This document shows, piece by piece, positions 56,742-64,000 of a DNA stretch of 64,000 nt. Each line of letters opens with the position of its first letter. Position 1 is the first letter of the stretch. The notes beneath the pieces were generated by a model that worked only from the letters and a program-made list of their open reading frames with translations, was not told the DNA's origin and ran no database searches. Position numbers and translations under genes: made by a program. The stretch covers positions 2,005-66,004 of the forward strand of contig CACMSB010000006.1 of the NCBI GenBank assembly GCA_902616245.1, given 5' to 3'. The stretch comes from an uncultured Pelagibacteraceae bacterium (GTDB lineage: Bacteria > Pseudomonadota > Alphaproteobacteria > Pelagibacterales > Pelagibacteraceae).

Positions 56742-58933
56742 TAGCTATCCATATACTTCTTTAACCAATATTTATGTGCATCTGCCAATTCTTCAATAGG
56801 CAAATTGATGTCATCTTTATATATGATGGATTGTCCATTAACTGTCCCTAATTCATCGAAATGTACAGAATATTTGTTTAAAATATCATTTACTTTCTTC
56901 AAACTAGCTTTAGGTATTTCAACAATATATCGAGCTTGATCTTCACCAAAGAAATATTCATATTTATTTGTTAAACCTTTAAGTGAATTAATTTTTATTC
57001 CCTTTTTTCCTTTAATACACATTTTTGATAATGCTGTTAAAATTCCACCTAATGATACATCATGGCAACTCACAATAAGATTTTTTCTAGATAAATCTAA
57101 TACAGTCTCACCAATGTTTTTTTCATTAAATAAATTAACGGTTGGGGGTGGACCTTTTTTTTCATTTAAAAGCTCTCTTGCAAAAATACTTTGATCTAAA
57201 TGCCCATCAGTTTTACCAATTACATAAACTAAGTTTCCCTCAGTTTTAAAATCCATAGTAAGCATTTGTTGATAGTCAGAGATTAGTCCAACACCTCCAA
57301 TTGTTGGCGTAGGCTTGATACCTTTATCTTTTGTTTCGTTATAAAATGATACATTCCCAGATACGACTGGAAAATCTAGATACTTGCTTGCATCTGTAAT
57401 TCCTTCAACACATTCTACAAATTCACCCATATTTTTTTCTTTTTCTGGGTTTCCGAAGTTTAAACAATTTGTAATAGCAATAGGTTTAGCTCCTACCGAA
57501 ATAAGATTTCTATAGCTCTCACAAACTATTTGTTTTCCTCCAGTTAATGGATGCGAGAAACAATATAATGCAGAAGAATCGACTGATGCTGCTACCGCTT
57601 TATTGGTCCCGTGAACTCTAACAACACCAGCATCACCTCCAGGTTTTTGAATTGTATCACCCATTACTGTATGATCGTATTGATCCCATATCCACTTTTT
57701 ATCTGAAATATTTGAATTACTTAAAATCTTCTTTAGGCAATCTGATAGTTTTAGAGATTTAAATTCATCTTTATCAAATTTTAATTTTTGAGGTAATTTA
57801 GTTTTTTTCCAAGGACGATCATAAATTGGAGCATTTTCAGCAAGAAGATCAATTGGTATTTCAGCAACTTTTTTATTATCAAATATTAATTCTATTTTTT
57901 TTGAATTAGTTGTTTTACCTATAATTGCAAAATCTAAGTTCCATTTATCAAATATTTTCTTCGCATGTTCTTCTTTTCCTTTTTCAAGAACAATAAGCAT
58001 TCTCTCTTGACTTTCAGACAGCATTATTTCGTATGGAGTCATTTTTTCTTCCCTACAAGGGACCTCGCTAAGATTTAATTCAATTCCAAGATTTCCTTTT
58101 GATGCCATTTCAACACTCGAAGATGTTAATCCTGCTGCACCCATATCTTGAATTGCAATAATTGAATTATCAGTCATTAATTCTAGGCACGCTTCAAGTA
58201 ATAATTTTTCAGTAAATGGGTCTCCAACTTGAACTGTTGGTTTTTTTTCTTCAATTTTGTCATCGAAAGTTGCGGAAGCCATACTAGCACCATGAATTCC
58301 ATCTCTTCCAGTTTTTGAACCTACGTATATTACTGGTTTATCTAATCCAGCTGCTTTTGAGTAAAAAATCTTATTTTTATTTACTAAACCAAGTGTCATG
58401 GCATTTACTAAAATATTTCCATTGTAAGACTCATCAAATGTAGTTTGACCAGCAATGGTTGGAACTCCAATACAATTTCCATATCCACCTATTCCTTTAA
58501 CAACTCCCCTTAATAAGTTTCTTGTTTTTTTATGTTGTGGTGAACCAAAATGAATGGAATTTAAATTTGCTATTGGTCTTGCTCCCATTGTAAATACATC
58601 CCTCATAATTCCACCAACACCAGTCGCTGCTCCTTGATAAGGTTCAATAAACGAAGGGTGATTGTGGCTTTCAATTTTAAATACAATTGCATCGTCATCT
58701 CCAATATCAATAACACCTGCATTTTCTCCAGGTCCTTGGATGACCTGTTTTCCTTTTGTGTGCATTTTTTTTAAATGTTTTCTAGAGGACTTATAAGAGC
58801 AATGTTCGTTCCACATTGCAGAAAATATTGCAAGCTCAGTTAAATTAGGTGTTCTATTAAGAAGTTCACATATTTTAGAAAATTCTTCTTTTTTTAATCC
58901 GTGGTCTATTGCAACTGCTTCTGTAACTTCCAT
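56741..58933 (-). CDS. purL: Phosphoribosylformylglycinamidine synthase subunit PurL
   Basis: MWNEHCSYKSS, FKIESHNHPS, QDMGAAGLTSS, LSESQERM, VVSGNVSFYN. Confidence 0.98.
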   Translation of the reverse strand: MEVTEAVAIDHGLKKEEFSKICELLNRTPNLTELAIFSAMWNEHCSYKSSRKHLKKMHTKGKQVIQGPGENAGVIDIGDDDAIVFKIESHNHPSFIEPYQGAATGVGGIMRDVFTMGARPIANLNSIHFGSPQHKKTRNLLRGVVKGIGGYGNCIGVPTIAGQTTFDESYNGNILVNAMTLGLVNKNKIFYSKAAGLDKPVIYVGSKTGRDGIHGASMASATFDDKIEEKKPTVQVGDPFTEKLLLEACLELMTDNSIIAIQDMGAAGLTSSSVEMASKGNLGIELNLSEVPCREEKMTPYEIMLSESQERMLIVLEKGKEEHAKKIFDKWNLDFAIIGKTTNSKKIELIFDNKKVAEIPIDLLAENAPIYDRPWKKTKLPQKLKFDKDEFKSLKLSDCLKKILSNSNISDKKWIWDQYDHTVMGDTIQKPGGDAGVVRVHGTNKAVAASVDSSALYCFSHPLTGGKQIVCESYRNLISVGAKPIAITNCLNFGNPEKEKNMGEFVECVEGITDASKYLDFPVVSGNVSFYNETKDKGIKPTPTIGGVGLISDYQQMLTMDFKTEGNLVYVIGKTDGHLDQSIFARELLNEKKGPPPTVNLFNEKNIGETVLDLSRKNLIVSCHDVSLGGILTALSKMCIKGKKGIKINSLKGLTNKYEYFFGEDQARYIVEIPKASLKKVNDILNKYSVHFDELGTVNGQSIIYKDDINLPIEELADAHKYWLKKYMDS

Positions 58934-59616
58934 TATTTAAAATTATCTAAAATATTTTTGAAAAATAATGAACCATCTTCACCTGATAAATATTTGTCTA
59001 TCATTCTCTCAGGATGAGGCATCATTCCCAATACATTTTTGTTTTTATTAAATATTCCAGCTATATTTTTAATTGCTCCGTTAGGATTAGTTTTTTCATT
59101 TTCTGTGCCATCTACTCCGCAATACGTAACAGCTATTTGATTATTATCCTCTAACGATTTTAATTCATCATCACTACAAAAGTAATTTCCTTCATTATGG
59201 GCAATATGAAGTTCTAAGACATCTTTTTTCAAATCTTTAAAATATTTATTTTGTTTATCTTTAACTTTTACATAAACATTGCTGCATATAAAATTTAGAA
59301 ACTTATTTTGTTGTAAAATTCCATTTAGTAGGCCAGTTTCAGTTAAGATTTGAAATCCATTACAAATACCTAGTACTAGACCTCCAGAATTAGCAAAATC
59401 AATCACTGATTTTATAATTTTTGATTTTGAGGCTATGCTACCACATCTCAGATAATCACCATAAGAAAAGCCACCTGGCAATACTATTAAATCTGATTTT
59501 GGAATATATTGATCATTGTGCCAAACCATTTGATTTTTAAAACCAAATTTTTTTAGAGCCACATCCATATCTCTGTCACAATTTGATCCTGGAAAAATAA
59601 TGACTGATGATCTCAT
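58933..59616 (-). CDS. purQ: Phosphoribosylformylglycinamidine synthase subunit PurQ
   Basis: FPGSNCD, PGGFSYGDYLR, GICNGFQ, MMPHPER. Confidence 0.97.
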   Translation of the reverse strand: MRSSVIIFPGSNCDRDMDVALKKFGFKNQMVWHNDQYIPKSDLIVLPGGFSYGDYLRCGSIASKSKIIKSVIDFANSGGLVLGICNGFQILTETGLLNGILQQNKFLNFICSNVYVKVKDKQNKYFKDLKKDVLELHIAHNEGNYFCSDDELKSLEDNNQIAVTYCGVDGTENEKTNPNGAIKNIAGIFNKNKNVLGMMPHPERMIDKYLSGEDGSLFFKNILDNFK

Positions 59617-59619
59617 TAA

Positions 59620-59853
59620 TTAAACTATTTTGTAATCCTCAATCACAAGATTGGCCAATAGCTTTTTACACATATCATCTACTAAAGACTTTGCTTTCTT
59701 TTCATCTTTCTCTTTAACCTCAATTTCAAAATATTTACCTTGTCTTACATCTTCTACATTCCCAAAGTTCATTCCGTTAAGAGTTTGCTGAATTGCCTTT
59801 CCTTGAGGATCTAAAACTCCATTTTTAAGAGTTACAATTACTTTAATTTTCAT
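59620..59853 (-). CDS. purS: Phosphoribosylformylglycinamidine synthase subunit PurS
   Basis: VLDPQG, VRQGK, LLANLVIEDY. Confidence 0.95.
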   Translation of the reverse strand: MKIKVIVTLKNGVLDPQGKAIQQTLNGMNFGNVEDVRQGKYFEIEVKEKDEKKAKSLVDDMCKKLLANLVIEDYKIV

Positions 59854-60638
59854 TACTTCTTTTTAATCTTTACTGCTTGTGGTTTAGTGTATTTTAACGG
59901 TCTTATATTTGATTGTTCATGAAGTATATCCAATCTTCTTGCAACTTCTTGATAAGCCTCAATTAGATTACCAAGACCTTTTCTAAATCTATCTTTATCT
60001 AATTTTTTATCACTATTTACATCCCATAATCTGCATGTATCTGGACTTATTTCATCAGCAAGCATGATCTCTTTTTTTCCATTTTTTTCATATCTTCCAA
60101 ATTCCACCTTAAAATCTACAAGTTTAATTCCAACACCTCTGAACATACCTTGAAGAAAATCGTTAATTCTATTTAATTCTTTATTAATTAATTTTAGTTC
60201 ATCCTTCTCCATCCATTTAAATGCTAAGATATGTTCAGTGCTTACTAGAGGATCACCCAAGTCATCATCTTTCAAGCAATACTCTATTAAAGGATTATCT
60301 AAAACTGTTCCGTCTTCAATGCCTAATCTTTTAGTTAATGATCCAGTTGCAATGTTTCTTACAATAAATTCAATAGGTATAATTTCAACATGCTGAACTA
60401 GTTGTTCTCTCATATTTAAACGTTTTACTAAATGATTTTTGATACCAACATTGTTCAACTGGGTTAATATATGCTCAGATATCCTATTATTTAAAATTCC
60501 TTTACCATCCATAACTGCTTTTTTTTGATTATTAAATGCAGTTGCGTCATCTTTAAAATGTTGGATCACATATTTTTTATCATTACTTGCAAAAATTATT
60601 TTTGCTTTACCTTCGTATAATTTTTTTCCTTTTTTCAT
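59853..60638 (-). CDS. purC: SAICAR synthetase
   Basis: LYEGKAK, FKDDATAFN, LVDFKVEFG, ADEISPDTCRLWD, DKDRFR. Confidence 0.97.
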   Translation of the reverse strand: MKKGKKLYEGKAKIIFASNDKKYVIQHFKDDATAFNNQKKAVMDGKGILNNRISEHILTQLNNVGIKNHLVKRLNMREQLVQHVEIIPIEFIVRNIATGSLTKRLGIEDGTVLDNPLIEYCLKDDDLGDPLVSTEHILAFKWMEKDELKLINKELNRINDFLQGMFRGVGIKLVDFKVEFGRYEKNGKKEIMLADEISPDTCRLWDVNSDKKLDKDRFRKGLGNLIEAYQEVARRLDILHEQSNIRPLKYTKPQAVKIKKK

Positions 60639-61930
60639 TATTTGAATACTCTTTTAAATATATAATTTACATTTTTTAAGTGTTTGTCATATGTAAAGAT
60701 TTTATCTAATCTTTTTTCACTTATTTTACTAGTGATCGATTTATCATTTTTTAAAAGTGTTAATAAGTTTGTATTCTTTGCAAAACTAGCTTTTGCATGA
60801 GACTGAACCAATCTATACGCTTTCTCTCTAGTAAAGCCTGATTTAGTAAGTTCTAACATTACCTCTTGAGAAAAAACAAGACCTCTTGTTAAGTTTAAAT
60901 TCTTTATCATTGTTTTTGGATAAACAATCATTTTCTCTAAAATTCCTGACAATCTAACTAAAGCAAAATCTAAAGTTATATTTGCATCTGGGCCTATATT
61001 TCTTTCAACACTGGAGTGAGAAATATCTCTTTCATGCCACAAAGAAATATTTTCTAAAGCTGGAATTACATAGCTTCTCACCATTCTTGCAAGTCCTGTA
61101 AGATTTTCACTTAATATTGGATTTTTTTTATGAGGCATTGCAGATGAGCCCTTTTGATCTTTTGAAAAGTATTCTTGTAATTCATAAACTTCAGATCTTT
61201 GTAAATGCCTTATTTCTGTTGCAACTCTTTCAACAGATCCAGCAATAATCCCAAGAACTGCAAAATAATGTGCATGTCTATCTCTTGGTATAATTTGAGT
61301 TGAAAGGGGCTCAGCTTTCAAGTTTAATTTTTTTGCAACATAAGTTTCTATTTTAGGATTTATATTAGCAAATGTTCCTACTGCTCCTGAAATTGCGCAT
61401 GTTGATACATTTTCTATTGCATCTTTTAATCTTAATTTGTTTCTCTTAAATTCTTCATAAAATGATGCTAATTTTAGACCAAATGTAATTGGTTCCGCAT
61501 GAATTCCATGACTTCTTCCAATACATGGTGTTAGCTTATATTTTTTTGCCTGTTTTTTTAGAACAGATAATATTTTATCAATGTCTCTTAATAAAATATT
61601 TCCTGATTGAACCAATTGAATATTTAAAGTTGTATCTAAAACATCAGATGAGGTCATGCCTTGATGAAGATATCTTGCTTTAAGACCAGCTTGTTCTGTA
61701 ATTGATGTCAAAAAAGCAATTACATCATGTTTAACTTTTGCTTCTATATCATGAATTCTTTTAACTTTGATTTTACCTTTTTTTTTAACTAATGATGCAA
61801 CTCCTCTAGGAATAATTTTATATCTTTCCATTGCCTCAGCTGCAGCAATTTCTACATCTAGCCAAATTTTATATTTGTTTTCCTCAGACCAAATACTGAC
61901 AAGCTCTTTTCTAGAATATCTTGATATCAT
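60638..61930 (-). CDS. purB: Adenylosuccinate lyase
   Basis: MISRYSR, KHDVIAF, GMTSSDV, GRSHGIHAEP, GSSAMPHKKNP, WHERDISHSSVER. Confidence 0.97.
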   Translation of the reverse strand: MISRYSRKELVSIWSEENKYKIWLDVEIAAAEAMERYKIIPRGVASLVKKKGKIKVKRIHDIEAKVKHDVIAFLTSITEQAGLKARYLHQGMTSSDVLDTTLNIQLVQSGNILLRDIDKILSVLKKQAKKYKLTPCIGRSHGIHAEPITFGLKLASFYEEFKRNKLRLKDAIENVSTCAISGAVGTFANINPKIETYVAKKLNLKAEPLSTQIIPRDRHAHYFAVLGIIAGSVERVATEIRHLQRSEVYELQEYFSKDQKGSSAMPHKKNPILSENLTGLARMVRSYVIPALENISLWHERDISHSSVERNIGPDANITLDFALVRLSGILEKMIVYPKTMIKNLNLTRGLVFSQEVMLELTKSGFTREKAYRLVQSHAKASFAKNTNLLTLLKNDKSITSKISEKRLDKIFTYDKHLKNVNYIFKRVFK

Positions 61931-62700
61931 TAATTATATGGGGGCCTCTTGTAACCTTTAACAGATTCTGTGAAAATTTCATATGAATCTTCTGTGATAC
62001 CAACAGTGTGCTCGAATTGTGCTGATAATGATTTGTCTTTAGTTACTGCTGTCCACCCATCATTTAAAACTTTTGTGTCATATTTTCCATAATTTATCAT
62101 TGGTTCAATAGTAAAAGTCATACCAGGTATTAGTTCTTTGCCAGTATTTTTAGATCCATAATGAAGTATATTAGGAGGTTCATGAAATACATTGCTTATA
62201 CCATGCCCACAAAAATCTCTTACAACTGAATAACCTTTGCTTTCAACATAAGATTGAATTTCAAATCCTATATCACCCAGTTTTTTTCCTGGTTGTAAAA
62301 TTGATATTGCTTTCATCAATGAGCTATAGGTTGCTTCAATTAAATTTTTTGCCTTAACTGGTACATTTCCAATTTCATACATTCTGCTTGTATCACCATA
62401 ATAATTATCAACGACTGCTGTTACATCAACATTAACTGCATCACCATCTTCCAAAACTCTATCAGAAGGTATTCCATGACAAACTACATGATTTAATGAC
62501 GTACAAAGTGATTTTTCAAATCCTCGATAAAATAATGGAGCTGAATAGCCTCCATTATCTTTTATAAATTCATAACCTAACTTATCAATTTTATCTGTTG
62601 ATATTCCAGGTTTAATATAATCTGTAAGCATATCCAAAGTCCTTGATGCAAGCTTTCCAGCAACTCTCATCTTTTCAAATTTTTCTTTATAATCACTCAT
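61930..62700 (-). CDS. map: Methionine aminopeptidase type I
   Basis: SLNHVVCHGIP, DVT....YYGDTSR, FCGHGI..FHEPP, FTIEPM, SAQFEHT. Confidence 0.96.
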   Translation of the reverse strand: MSDYKEKFEKMRVAGKLASRTLDMLTDYIKPGISTDKIDKLGYEFIKDNGGYSAPLFYRGFEKSLCTSLNHVVCHGIPSDRVLEDGDAVNVDVTAVVDNYYGDTSRMYEIGNVPVKAKNLIEATYSSLMKAISILQPGKKLGDIGFEIQSYVESKGYSVVRDFCGHGISNVFHEPPNILHYGSKNTGKELIPGMTFTIEPMINYGKYDTKVLNDGWTAVTKDKSLSAQFEHTVGITEDSYEIFTESVKGYKRPPYN

Positions 62701-63379
62701 CTATAATATTAATTTTTTTTTCAATTTTAATCTCTTTAGAACTAAGTTTGCATCTATAAGCAAGAAATTTTACTCCAGCTTTTTTTGCTTTTTTGTAGTT
62801 TTCAAAATAAATTTGATCAATATCTTTTGCAATTCTAAAGTTATTTATATTTTGAATTTGCGTTAAAAATAAGACATATGGCTTATATCCTTTTTTAATT
62901 GATTTAATTAGCATATTTAGATGTTTTGTTCCTCTTGATGTTACTGCATCAGGAAATTCTGCAATATCATTTTCTCTAAATAATGTTACATTCTTTACTT
63001 CTATTAAGTAGCTGTCACATAAAAAATCAAATCTTGTATCATCACTAAATTTAAATTCTGGTTTAATATTTTTGATAGTTTTAAACTCAGATATTAATTT
63101 ATTTTCCAATCCATGATTAACGATTTTGTTAGCTCTATGAGTATTTACACCAACGTATCTTTTTTTTGCTTTAATAATTTCTAATGTAAATTTCAGTTTT
63201 CTCTTTGGATCATTGTGTTCTGTAACTAGAACTTCATTACCTTGATCCAAGAGACCCTGCATAGATCCAGTGTTAGGACAATGTGCCGTTATAATCTTGC
63301 TATTTACTTTTATATCGGCGAAAAATCTCTTATATCTTTTTAATAATTTTCCTTTAATAAGGCTATTTGTAAATTTCAT
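62693..63379 (-). CDS. sfsA: SfsA sugar fermentation stimulation / nuclease-like protein
   Basis: KRYKRFFAD, HCPNTGSM, RFDF, EVKNVT, FPDAVTSRG.KHL. Confidence 0.93.
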   Translation of the reverse strand: MKFTNSLIKGKLLKRYKRFFADIKVNSKIITAHCPNTGSMQGLLDQGNEVLVTEHNDPKRKLKFTLEIIKAKKRYVGVNTHRANKIVNHGLENKLISEFKTIKNIKPEFKFSDDTRFDFLCDSYLIEVKNVTLFRENDIAEFPDAVTSRGTKHLNMLIKSIKKGYKPYVLFLTQIQNINNFRIAKDIDQIYFENYKKAKKAGVKFLAYRCKLSSKEIKIEKKINIIDE

Positions 63380-63401
63380 ACAAATTTACTTATATTTACA
63401 T

Positions 63402-64000
63402 ATGCAAAATAAAAAAGAGATAAATGCTGGTATTTTAATTATCGGTAATGAAGTTCTGTCAGGCAGAACACAAGATGTTAACACAAGCACATTAGCTATT
63501 TGGTTAAATTCATTAGGCATACCTGTTGCAGAAGTTAGAGTAATTCCTGATGATGAGAGAATTATAATAAATACAGTTAATGAACTGAGAAAGAAATATT
63601 CTTATATATTTACAACTGGAGGAATAGGACCCACTCATGATGATATTACAGCAGAATCTGTTTCTAAAGCATTTAATATTGAATACGATTTTCATAAAGA
63701 GGCTTTTTCAATACTAGAGAATTATTATAAGCCAGGTGAATTTAATGAAGGTAGACAAAAGATGGCAAAAATGCCTGTAAGCGCTAAATTAATTTTAAAT
63801 CCATCTAGTGGTGCGCCTGGCTTTTATGTTGAAAATGTATTTTGTCTTCCAGGAGTTCCATCTATTATGAAAGCTATGCTTGGAAGTTTAAATAATCTTT
63901 TAGTTGGTGGAGAGCCAATATTAAGTGAAACAATTAATTTAAGAACTGTTGAAAGTGAAATAGCTAAATCATTAACAGAGGTACAGAATAATAATTCTGA
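63402..64000 (+). CDS. CinA-like competence/damage-inducible protein, molybdopterin-binding domain (3' end runs off the window)
   Basis: Hand translation MQNKKEINAGILIIGNEVLSGRTQDVN...TTGGIGPTHDDITA...LPGVP; frame reaches the window end without a stop where checked. Confidence 0.88.
   Translation, partial: MQNKKEINAGILIIGNEVLSGRTQDVNTSTLAIWLNSLGIPVAEVRVIPDDERIIINTVNELRKKYSYIFTTGGIGPTHDDITAESVSKAFNIEYDFHKEAFSILENYYKPGEFNEGRQKMAKMPVSAKLILNPSSGAPGFYVENVFCLPGVPSIMKAMLGSLNNLLVGGEPILSETINLRTVESEIAKSLTEVQNNNS

Noticed and set aside
1861-63695. Short ORF-track entries antisense or out of frame within longer genes (e.g. 1861-2091, 4325-4543, 9338-9535, 11386-11733, 17036-17290, 19802-20056, 32870-33091, 51497-51781, 63513-63695)
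   Set aside because: They overlap well-supported genes and show no motifs or SD; they are expected shadow ORFs.
1-64000. CRISPR arrays, IS elements, prophage genes, rRNA, long tandem repeats
   Set aside because: None seen. Nearly all sequence is accounted for by genes, and the largest gaps (about 90-160 bp) contain no repeat-spacer pattern.

Overview
This is a dense, AT-rich (roughly 30% GC by eye) alphaproteobacterial segment. Spacers are tiny and start/stop codons often overlap. Gene content and style point to a SAR11 / Ca. Pelagibacter-type genome; this is inferred, not looked up. It holds about 70 CDS and one tRNA-Met(CAT). I saw no integrase, transposase, CRISPR array or long repeat. 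The right half is mostly core: dusA, pmm/pgm, nrdAB with tandem NrdR boxes, prpDBC, gph, glmS, class II DAHP synthase, nadE, cysS, cimA, trmJ, rpsD, grxD-bolA, purLQSCB, map, sfsA, cinA-like. The left and centre hold small-substrate scavenging modules. Most notable: (1) apt, mtnP, mtnA, a fused class II aldolase-SDR, a SpeD-SpeE fusion and a basic amino acid ABC importer, possibly a self-contained polyamine synthesis / MTA recycling loop; (2) a YfdE-like CoA-transferase divergent from a TRAP transporter and malonyl-CoA decarboxylase, a malonate route with no MatB nearby; (3) a haloacetate dehalogenase with a complete fluoride pocket, coupled to a TauD-type dioxygenase and an AEC carrier; (4) Anbu plus a circularly permuted ATP-grasp without their usual partners; (5) a GlmU reduced to its acetyltransferase domain; (6) an alternative oxidase behind prpDBC; (7) a 36-nt GC-rich, pseudoknot-capable element at 37189-37224. 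All functional calls rest on motif recognition by eye; no searches were run.
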